In this document: piece after piece, positions 12,601 through 22,500 of the stretch
How the letters are laid out: each line of letters starts with the position of its first letter
Numbering within the stretch: the stretch's first letter is position 1
Source: Macrostomum lignano
Lineage: Eukaryota
Direction of reading: 5' to 3'
DNA length: 64,000 nt
NCBI GenBank assembly: GCA_002269645.1
Contig: NIVC01000136.1
Coordinates: 310,001 to 374,000 of the forward strand
Notes under the pieces: model-generated
Told to the model about the DNA's origin: nothing
The model's input: the letters and a program-made list of their open reading frames with translations, nothing else
Database searches by the model: none
Made by a program: the position numbers and the translations under genes

Positions 12601-15410
12601 CAGGCACACTCACAGGGGCCCTAAATTTATTTATAGTTAGGCATGTACACTTCCCTGTGACTTGGGGGTGAGCCCTCAAATTAAGCCTAGCCGAACAAAG
12701 CCACGCCGAGATTCCAATTTAGCCCTAAATTAATGTGACTGCATTTGGTATGGGGCCTGGGATGCTGGGACTTCTGCACTGCACTTTTAGATTCTCTAAA
12801 AGATATTTGTACAGCTGCTGAGCCTCAAACCTTTTGAAAAGCCGGCACACGCTTCATGCTAACAAATTTGATTCCATTGTCCGCCGTCAAAACAATATCC
12901 TCGCTGTCTTGCGATGACATTGGAACCCTGCAATTGAATTTTTTTTTAAATTGGCTTAACCCTAGGTTTCTATGACAACGGCATGAAGGAAACATGATAG
13001 ATTCATCAAGTTGATTCCATTAAGTCTAAGTAGAGCTAAATGTAAGGCATTCAAGATTTAGTGAGTCGCACCGACTCAGCCAGAATTACAATGCGTATTT
13101 ACACGCCCTAGCAAGCATCGAATTTAGCAGCAAGTCGTAAAAAAAGAGCAGAGCTCGAGAAATCAAGCTCGTGAGACTTTATCCACCTGTAGCATCGATA
13201 TTCTTTAGAATTCTTTAGTTATTCGCGACGAGAACTGAGTACTATTCCGTGCCTCTCCTTGATCAGTTGCCGCCAGGGACGAGCAGAGCCTTGGACTCTA
13301 AGTGCGACTATCCGACCAACTCATGCCAAAGAAGCCATCTCAGTCGAAATTCCCGGCGGGTTCAGATGAGGAGACCAGTCTAGCGAACTACATTGAGAAC
13401 TAGCGCGGACTTCCTTACTTTCTTGTTTCTCAAGTTGATTTAGTAAGATTTCACAGTACGTGGCCACTTCATTTAACTACACGTACTGGTGCCACACAAG
13501 CGTGCAATGAGATAATGGATGCACCAAACAAGAACATTTTGTTTGTCTACTGAAGGCAAACATTGAAACAACACAATTTTGAAATTGAAAAAAGGTAACG
13601 GCTCGTATCATACACTCGAAAATAATTACTCTGCTCTTGTTTACTTTGCCATCTGTCTCCCCCGCTAAAAACTTGAGTCCTCACTTCAGTTCCAGTTCCC
13701 TTTACTCAGCTTTGCAGTAAACCTGATGCACTTTTTCTCTCTCTCAATCCAGACAAAACCGACTCACAGCTTTGAGCCGGTTTCAGACGCCTGGCTCAGC
13801 TTCTTGCCCTGCTGCCAGACTTGGTCGCGGACTTCGCTGATCTCCTTCTTGCAGCGCTCGATTTCCACAAGTTTCAGCGATTCGCCTGAAAAGTTTTCGG
13901 CGATTCTAGATTATATATGTGTGTAGATGTTATGCATTTTCACCAGACTTGTACGGTGGTAAGAAACTCACTTTCAAGTCTCTTCTCAATTATATTGAGC
14001 CGTTTGTCCAGTTCAGTTCTGAACTCCTCCATGCGAAAAGCTCTGAAATGCGCACCGGTTTAACGATTTTGTTTAAATCTCATTCGGACCGACGATAGAA
14101 ATAAATCAAAGTGAATTCCTGCCTGTTAAACTGCTCTCCAACTTTGCTGAGCACCAGGCTCAGAGCTTGCACCTCGGTATCTCCGGAGTCGCCAGCTTTC
14201 GTTACGTTGACGCGGTAAGCCGAGCTGAAAGCGGTTACAGAAATTATTAATTTTTTTTAGAGTCAGAGGGGTTGTGTGCACCCTGGCGCACTTTAAGCGA
14301 CATAAGCACACAACCGGCGAGAGGCATTACTGCCCATTCCGCCGACTCCCCTGAGCAGGCATACAAGCGCGCGGATACGTACGCAGGCACACACTCACAC
14401 AGGAGTGTACAGCGGCCCTAACTTTATATTATCGTTAGGCATGTACACTTCACTGCGCCTCGGGGGTTGGCTCTCAAGGCCGTTAATTGCACGAGCAGAG
14501 CCAAGCCGAGATTCCAATTCAGTCCCAAATTAATTTGACTGCACTTGGAATCGAGCCTGGGTCGCTGGCACACCAGAGCAGCTGCGCTACCGCTGGGCTA
14601 CGGCCCCCCAGCGGTTACAGCAAGCTTTTAAAGTTCCTATGCAACAGTTTTACTCTTAAACCCATTAGCCTGTCATTCCTTACTCAGTTGTGTTCTGCGG
14701 CATGTCTGGCACAATGGGCACGTGACCACCTTCGGAAGTTTTGAGAACAATTTGCGAGCTGCGCTTCACTTGGGCCACCTGACAAATCAGGTCGTGAATG
14801 TCCTGCGACGAGCAGTGCGGGCTGAATACGATCTGAAATAGTGAGTAGTGGACGGAACTGAATAACGTGCTTTGAGCATATACACCGGGTTCATAACAAT
14901 AAGTGGTTCGTGGGTGTGGTCGTGGTTCAGATGAAAAGTACTATTAAGCCATAGCATCAGATAATTGGCTCCAATCGCGAGCTCATTAAGCCCAGCTGGA
15001 CAATTGTTTACGGTCTATAAATTTAGCATTTCATCTGAGTGATCATCCGAAAAATATTTACCTCACCTGTGCAGTTTTTGCAGGACTTAATTATTTTATG
15101 ATCCGAAAGAAGCAATCCAACCCTGCTGACCCAATCTAATTTTAGCCAGCATTTTTATGCCTATCAATTATCTGAAGTTCTCGAAAGCACCCCCCTCCCA
15201 TCTGGTTGCATTAACAGCGCCGCAGCTGAGGCCATGTTTTGCTGCCGATGTGATGAAATAGTTACCCATACGTTCGTATATCGATATGTTTTTGTAAGCA
15301 GCTATAGGCTCGACATGCGCTATAAAACAGCCGCTGAATGAACTCACCGACTCTGTTTTGCCGTTCACGCTCAAGAATATCGATCTCGACGTAGCCACTC
15401 CGTTGCCCAT
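9699..15410 (-). CDS. PDE9: cGMP-specific phosphodiesterase 9 (PDE9A-like), complete gene
   Basis: Exons (-): 15348-15410 ([21 protein letters not shown]), 14684-14832, 14123-14224, 13972-14042 ([23 protein letters not shown]), 13768-13885 ([13 protein letters not shown]), 12831-12927, 12369-12443 ([25 protein letters not shown]), 12189-12275, 11599-11943 ([13 protein letters not shown]; [34 protein letters not shown]), 11032-11148 ([10 protein letters not shown]), 10834-10938 ([13 protein letters not shown]), 10597-10725 ([30 protein letters not shown]), 9699-9986. All phases are consistent and the motifs are typical of the PDE9 family. The 3' end is uncertain. Confidence 0.95.
12490..12785 (-). 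mobile_element. SINE copy (diverged head) in a PDE9 intron
   Basis: Colinear similarity to 14255-14608 (shared CACAACCGGCGAGA, GACTCCCCTGAGCAGGCA, GCGCGGATACGTAC, TTAGGCATGTACACTTC, GCCGAGATTCCAATT). Confidence 0.7.
14255..14608 (-). mobile_element. tRNA-derived SINE
   Basis: Minus-strand 5' end GGGGCCGTAGCCCAGCGGTAGCGCAG...GGCTCGATTCC has Pol III A-box- and B-box-like motifs; A-rich 3' end; second copy at 12.5 kb. Confidence 0.7.
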
Positions 15411-16577
15411 GACCGATGAGATGAGAATTTTTAGACAAAGCTTAAATAAAATTGAACACTTGTTTAATCGATTTGTATGTTTGAGTACTTCGAGAAACCC
15501 TGAGCAGCTGCTGTGTCGCTTGACCGTCGGAAAACTGGATTCTCGATTCCCATAGGGGTGTTTTTATAGGTAGAGCTCACCTCGGCTATGGGGCAGCTCG
15601 GATTGGGCCAGGCGATGATGACGGCGGAACTGAGAGCGGAGAATAGGAAAGTAGAAGGGATTTGAGACCGAGGGAAAGAGGGTAATGGGGAAGCGGCCGG
15701 ACTGCCTGCCGGGTATTTCATTAGCGCCGGCCTGTTCCTCTCTGTAAACGGATTATTCCCTCCTCATACACCTGCTTTCCCACCTGGAGTCCAATTGACT
15801 CGCGAACTTGGTCTGGATAGAAAATTTGGGAAACGGAGGCCGCTGGGGAGAGGGGGGTTTCTGCTAGGCAGTCATCTAAAACAGAAGAATACGAGCAGCA
15901 GGAAGGACAGCGTGTTGTCGCACCTTCGCAAGTTTTTTGTCGAGCTTAGATGAAGATGTTCCTCTCTGTTTCTCTGTCCCATATGTAGGTAGACTTTCCA
16001 GGCTTTTCTTTGCAGTAAAGTTGCCAATTTATTTCGCTAGCTTTCGAATTAGCTTGGAACGCACGTTCAAGGCGCGTGCACAAAACGCGTATAGCTATAC
16101 ATGTAGCTCTGCGACATCGATGCAAACGAAATACAGATAATTAAAAGAACTTGCTCTGCTAGTCTAATAACCCTGCCTTTGATGCTTTCACTGGTTCTGC
16201 GACAACTGCAACGTCCGACGGTAGCAAAGGATTGATCAATTTTATGGGAGATGCTGCTTAAGAGTCTTATCTAGGTTTTTACTGGCTATTTCGTACATGC
16301 AAGAGCTGTGCATTTACAACTTTATTCGTTCATTGCATGAAAAATGGTACAAAAATTGCTTTCTAGCAGGAAAAAGAAGATAAACAGCTGATCTTTAGCC
16401 GTGAAGCGGATTTATCTCGCTAACTATCCTCTATTCTTAGAGACAGAACAAAGACAAAGACAGAGCAAACCGACTGACCCTCGTGCTCGCGATCCCGTGG
16501 TTCGATTCCGTGTGTCATTTATTTATTTATTGCATTCATTAATAGCTTCTGCACGCAAAATTTAGCTGGTGGATTGT

Positions 16578-17341
16578 CTGGGCGCCAACCTCCAAGATAC
16601 AAACGACAGAAAATGTACATGCCTAAAAAACTCTGGGCGCCAACCTCCAAGATACAAACGACAGAAAATGTACATACCTAAAAAACTCTGGGCGCCAACC
16701 TCCAAGATACAAACGACAGAAAATGTACATACCTAAAAAACTCTGGGCGCCAACCTCCAAGATACAAACGACAGAAAATGTACATACCTAAAAAACTCTG
16801 GGCGCCAACCTCCAAGATACAAACGACAGAAAATGTACATACCTAAAAAACTCTGGGCGCCAACCTCCAAGATACAAACGACAGAAAATGTACAGGCCTA
16901 AAAAACTCTGGGCGCCAACCTCCAAGATACAAACGACAGAAAATGTACATACCTAAAAAACTCTGGGCGCCAACCTCCAAGATACAAACGACAGAAAATG
17001 TACATGCCTAAAAAACTCTGGGCGCCAATCTCCTAGATACAAACGACAGAAAATGTACAGGCCTAAAAAACTCTGGGCGCCAACCTCCAAGATACAAACG
17101 ACAGAAAATGTACAGGCCTAAAAAACTCTGGGCGCCAACCTCCAAGATACAAACGACAGAAAATGTACATACCTAAAAAACTCTGGGCGCCAACCTCCAA
17201 GATACAAACGACAGAAAATGTACATGCCTAAAAAACTCTGGGCGCCAATCTCCTAGATACAAACGACAGAAAATGTACAGGCCTAAAAAACTCTGGGCGC
17301 CAACCTCCAAGATACAAACGACAGAAAATGTACATGCCTAC
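16578..17341 (+). repeat. 55-bp tandem repeat, ~14 copies
   Basis: Unit CTGGGCGCCAACCTCCAAGATACAAACGACAGAAAATGTACATACCTAAAAAACT; nearly homogeneous. Confidence 0.97.
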
Positions 17342-18339
17342 AAAGGTTTAGGGCCTCTGCACACCTGTGAGCTTGTTGTGAAAGTGTGCCCGGAAAACAG
17401 CAGTATAGGCGCCCTGTGTACACGTGTGTGCTCAGTGCTCTCAGGAGTCAGCAGAATCGGTTAAATCGCCTCAGCGCTGGTTTTGGGACGATGTTGCGGA
17501 AGGTGCTGCGCCAGGCTGCTGCCAGCCCTCCTTAATTTAATATTATTACTTTTATCATGAAATATGATATGACGCAGTCTGTAATACTCAAAACTATTAA
17601 GGTATTAACCGTATAAACAGAAGTAAGGCGAACATGTACTCGTAGCATTTTACACGTACATGTGCTTACAGGATCCGTCTTTTACTCTTCCATGGATACA
17701 TCTCCGTGATTGTTTTTACTAGAATATCCTCGGGTCTGTCTTGGGACTCTGAGGTATCTAAGATGCACTGTCTCATGGTGGGTTCTCTCGGCCGTTTCTT
17801 GGCGGACGCCCCTATACCCCTGTTCCCTACGCCGGTGAATGCTTTTTCCAAGGGCTGTCATTCATCGAGCTTCTGGAGGAGCACAACTTGTCGTGGTACG
17901 ATTAGAAAAACAAACAAACTATTGGCATTTGGCGAATATTCTATCATGTCTGCCATCAGGAATCGCTTTTAGAAAATATCAAAGCCTTCTGTCACCTGAC
18001 GCGTCACCCACTGGGCTGCCAGGAGATAACTCACATCGTTTTTAATCCGGAGGATGCCGTGCTAAATTATATCTTTCAGATTTTAAATTCATCCCAGGAG
18101 TAGCTAATTTGAATTCTCTCGGGACAGACAGCCCCGCCAATGGGGATTAGCAGACAGTGGTGACATATGCCACGCCAGAACGGCCGAATGAAGCAGCGAG
18201 CTGGTCGAGCTGATGTGACTGAGTTAATCTGATAATAACAAGTTATTAAATATTGATATTTCATCAAGTCTTGACTGATTGAAAAATCGGCACGACATTC
18301 TGCCACCCGCTCGACATCATTGAAACGTCTTTAAAAAGT

Positions 18340-19075
18340 CCCTGTCGCTTGATGCATGGGTGCCACTGTCACTTGATGCGCGTCCCTGTTGCTTGATTAT
18401 AATCCCTGTCACTTGATGCATGGGTGCCACTGTCACTTGATGCGCGTCCCTGTTGCTTGATTATCATCCCTGTCACTTGATGCGCTCCCTGTTGCTTGAT
18501 TATCATCCCTGTCACTTGATGCGCGTCCCTGTTGCTTGATGCGCGTCCCTGTTGCTTGATTATCATCCCTGTCACTTGATGCGCGGCCCTGTTGTTTGAT
18601 TTAAGTTCCTGTCGCTTGATGCATATGCGTCCCTGTCGCTCGATGCATATGCGCCCCTGTCGCTTGATGCATATGCGCCCCTGTCGCTTGATGCATATGC
18701 GTCCCTGTCGCTTGATTATCGTCCCTTCGCTTGATGCATATGCGTCCCTGTCGCTTGATTATCGTCCCTTCGCTTGATGCATATGCGTCCCTGTCGCTTG
18801 ATGCATGGGCGTCTCTGTTGCTTGATTTGCGTTCCTTTCGCTTGATGCACGGGCGTCCCTGCATTTCGTTTGATTATCATCCCTGTCGCTTGATGCACGG
18901 GCGTCCCTGCATTTCGCTTGATTATCATCCCTGTCGCTTGATGCATGGGCGTCCCTGTTGCTTGATTTGCGTTCCTGTCGCTTGATGCATGGGCGTCTCT
19001 GTTGCTTGATTATCGTCCCTGTCGCTTGGTGCATGGGCGCGTCCCTGTTGCTTGATTTGCGCTCCTGACGCTTTA
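18340..19075 (+). repeat. Degenerate ~22-24-bp minisatellite (CGTCCCTGTCGCTTGATGCATATG family)
   Basis: Interleaved variants around a CCCTGT(C/T)GCTTGAT core. Confidence 0.9.
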
Positions 19076-20761
19076 TTATGGGCGTAGCTGCTGTCGCTTG
19101 ATGAGTTGAGCTGCCACGCGTTTGTTTATCTTGGTTATATGTTTTTCAATTAGTTTTTAAGAGAAGCACAATTTATGCGGTGGCGATTAGGGGGCGATAT
19201 CTGGCTGCCCTCTGCGTACGCCACCGCTGCGCAGTTTCGAAAACACCGAGCTACATGTAATATATGTGGTTTTTTTAACGTCAGTTCATCTCAAAGAGCT
19301 GACAGATATTATGATACACGTATCAAGTGAGGCATATCGATGATCTAACAAGCTCTTTTAGCAATCAAAACCCTACACGATTGATATACAAAACGCCAGT
19401 AAAGATGCAAAAGGTATGTGCGATAACAAAAATCGGTCAACATCTGGGCGTTAGAATGAGCCTCTTAAGCCTCAATAAAGTGAACCTAATAAAGCATATT
19501 ACTAGAAAATCTAAAAGTATGTATGTATGTATTTTGATCAGTTAATCGATCACTCTAAAGCAACAGTTATTGAATAGAAAATCTGTTCAATTGCGTTATT
19601 GGATATGCTTATATCATTTTATTCTCAAGATCAGACAATGGATAAAATTGCATGCTAAAAAAGATTTTAATACAATATAATTTAACCTGCTTGATGGTTC
19701 TGTACACCATGCGGCTGTATTCTATACTATAATTCATCTGACAGTTACATAGAACCATAAAGCGTTTATTTATGTTCGTATGCTCTAAAAAATTGACCTT
19801 TATTACCAATTGATACCATATACATGTATTGTTAAAATGCGTGTAGACATACAAATTCCACGGGGGGCCGCGTGTGATGGCCAGCTCTGACATATGTAGG
19901 ATAGCTACATGTACACGTGGAAGTCTATACGATCTTCATGGTACCAGCAATTTTATTAGACAACGTTTGCTATACAAGTACATGTTTACATGTACCCGCG
20001 TTTGTAAGCAAAACAGTGTGGCTAGCTAAGTTATAACCCACGCTTGGCAGCAGGATATACATGTACATGCTCTGCAAAGTCAAGCTGACAGCTAAAAAAT
20101 AGTGACATGTACATGTAAGTTGTCCTTGCGCAACTAATAGTAATAAAATAATACGTAAAATATTTGTTAAAATTTACAAAACGCTCATCGGTAGTCGCGG
20201 TGCTTGATTTAAATAGATCGACAATGAATGGGTCATGTAAAATAAAGAGCTGTTTGTTTGCTTATAATATTTAATTTGCAAAATCCTATTAGCTTTTTAG
20301 AATTTCTAGTTTTTCTCGGTAAATAGCTACGCCTACAGTCACAAGGTACTAACTAAATAATACTATATTTCAAAACTGTAGCTGATCCTTAAATGAGTTT
20401 TTCAGTTACATCAGAGTCAGATCTTGATCATAGGTCTACCTCGGCATCAGGTAACTTGTTTGACATGCTTATGATTGGCTTATATATCATTGTACTTTTA
20501 TAGTGACTACTGACTAAACGATTATAGCATAGATAGAAGATATGACTACTTTATAATTGGCCTGCTGGCAATTGTTAATGACTAGCCTAGCCAGATATAG
20601 AAAATAAAGTGAATTATGATTAGGCCTATTCAATGATGTTCTAATCTATTGATTTTAAATGTAAGCTTAAATTCCTATCCAGCATATTGTCAATTTCTAT
20701 AGGCCCTAATTTTATTTGTTGTAATATTCCTATTGTTGTATTAAACTGACATTAAAATGTA

Positions 20762-22468
20762 TGAGGGTTGTTCGGAAAGTTCATGGACAAACATGAACTA
20801 TTGTTAAACAAGCAACAAAACTGAAAACCTTAGTCATCGACCTTCTCAATGTATGTGCCCTTGAGGCACACACACTTGTGCCAATGCTCTGGTAGCTTTT
20901 TAATCTTTGTAGCAAAGAATTCTTTAGGGGTATTTCTGACCCACTGGCTGACAGCAGAGGCTAGGGCCTGTACACTGCCATAATGGTGACCCCGGAGTGA
21001 CTCCTTCATCCGCCCAAACAGCCAGTAGTTGCTCGGTGCTAGGTCTGGTGAGTAGGGTGGGTGCAGTAGCAGCTTGAAGTCCAGGCTAGAGATGGCAGCC
21101 ATTGTTGCTTGGCTAGTATGGGGCCTGGCGTTGTCCTGCTGCAGCAGGATCCCCCTGGTCAGCTTGCCCTGGCACTTAGTCTTGATGGCTTAGTGCAACT
21201 TCTCTAGCATTTAGATGTAATAAGCATTGGTAATGGTAGTGCCACATGGAAGCCAGTCAATAAGCAGGATACTCTCCTTGTCCTAGAAGATGGTGGTCAT
21301 CTGCTTTCTAGCCAATGGTGCAGCCAGGGCCTTCACTGGGGTGGGTTCTCTAGCTGCCTTCTAGACACTGCTTTGCATCTTCAACTCTGGCTCACTGTAG
21401 TGAATCCACAAGTAGTAGGTTGGATGGGGTTGAAATCTTTGGGTGGGATCGGGATCGGGAATAATTTTTTTCTCGGGATTGGGATTCGGGAATCAGGATC
21501 AGGTCTTTTAGTGTATTGTCCATGTAAAGTTAAAAAAAATTGAGAAAAGATTGTCAAGATCAAGAAGTAAAACACAACAAAATTGATATAAAGTTTTGTA
21601 ACCAACAAAGTAAATAATGTAACAAGTTCAAGTTAAAGCAAAATACCTTCAAGTAATTACTAATTCTATAAATTTTTAATTGAAAGACTTGTTCCCGAAT
21701 CTCAAGTTTTTTAGGGTCAGGATTCTGGTCCTGCAGGAATTCAATTTTCCTCGGGATCCCGAGATTTTGGGATTGGGATCGGGATCCCGTCCAACCTCTA
21801 TCCACGAGTCATCCCCAGTCACAATTTGATCCAAAAAGTTTGGGTCATTGTAGTAGGCCTGCAGGAGCTGCTGACATGCACAGACCCGCCCGTGCTGCTG
21901 ATTATCTATTAGAAGCTTTGGGACCCAATGAGCAACAACTCATGACATCCCAAGCTTGGCCGTGAGAATTTCGTGAACTGCTGTGGGTGATATACCCACA
22001 GTCTGCCAGTTCATGCACAGTGATCCGGCGGTCAACATCAAGTGCCTGAAGCATGTGCTTAATGTTGAACATGTTGACCGTGGTAGCTGGCCTTCCATTG
22101 CATGGCAGATCTTCGACTGTCTCCTAGCCGTCCTCAAATCGCTGCACCCACTTGCTGACCATTGACTTCAAAGGGGCATCTTCACCATATGCTGCATGCA
22201 ACTTGCAAACAAAGTTGGCCTGTTGCTTTCCTTCCTTCCATAAAAACCAAATTATGCTTCGCTTGGCTTCTTTGTTTTTTTCCATAGTGCCAAAAATAGT
22301 GGGTAACTTAAAATGACTGACTGTACAAAATAAAATAAGCATATTTGATCACATTACCATTAAAAGTTGTGGGACATAAGTGCTGTCTATGGTCTAAAGT
22401 ATGGTGACTTAACTGTCTTTGTTTGGAAAAAATATAAGTTTGTCTACAAACTTTCCAAAAAACCCTTG
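20762..22468 (-). mobile_element. Decayed mariner (Tc1/mariner) DNA transposon
   Basis: TA target-site duplications (20760-61, 22469-70) and imperfect TIRs (TGAGGGTTGTTCGGAAAGTTCATGGACAAAC vs CAAGGGTTTTTTGGAAAGTTTGTAGACAAAC). Transposase remnant 22285-20830 with WVPKLL, VTGDDSW, LQQDNARPH and HPPYSPDLAPSNYWLF; multiple stops and frameshifts. Confidence 0.93.
21413..21800. mobile_element. hAT-type MITE nested in the mariner transposase
   Basis: 8-bp TSD TCCACAAG (21405-12) / TCCACGAG (21801-08); imperfect TIRs TAGTAGGTTGGATGGG vs TAGAGGTTGGACGGG; internal GGGATC subterminal repeats; non-coding. Confidence 0.8.
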
Positions 22469-22500
22469 TATATAGTAAGTAGGAGTGTTATGGCTACTCA

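Noticed and set aside
16470-16520. tRNA gene suggested by the GGTTCGATTCC B-box
   Set aside because: No convincing acceptor, D or anticodon arms; at most a SINE or tRNA remnant.
16578-17341. Possible CRISPR or coding repeat
   Set aside because: Units are near-identical over their whole length, so this is an ordinary satellite.
17666-18045. Short ORFs, possibly a retroelement remnant
   Set aside because: No gag, RT or integrase motif that I can identify.
20830-21102. Domesticated SETMAR-like transposase (D34N third residue)
   Set aside because: The rest of the ORF has many stops and a MITE insertion; the Asn is explained by CpG decay.
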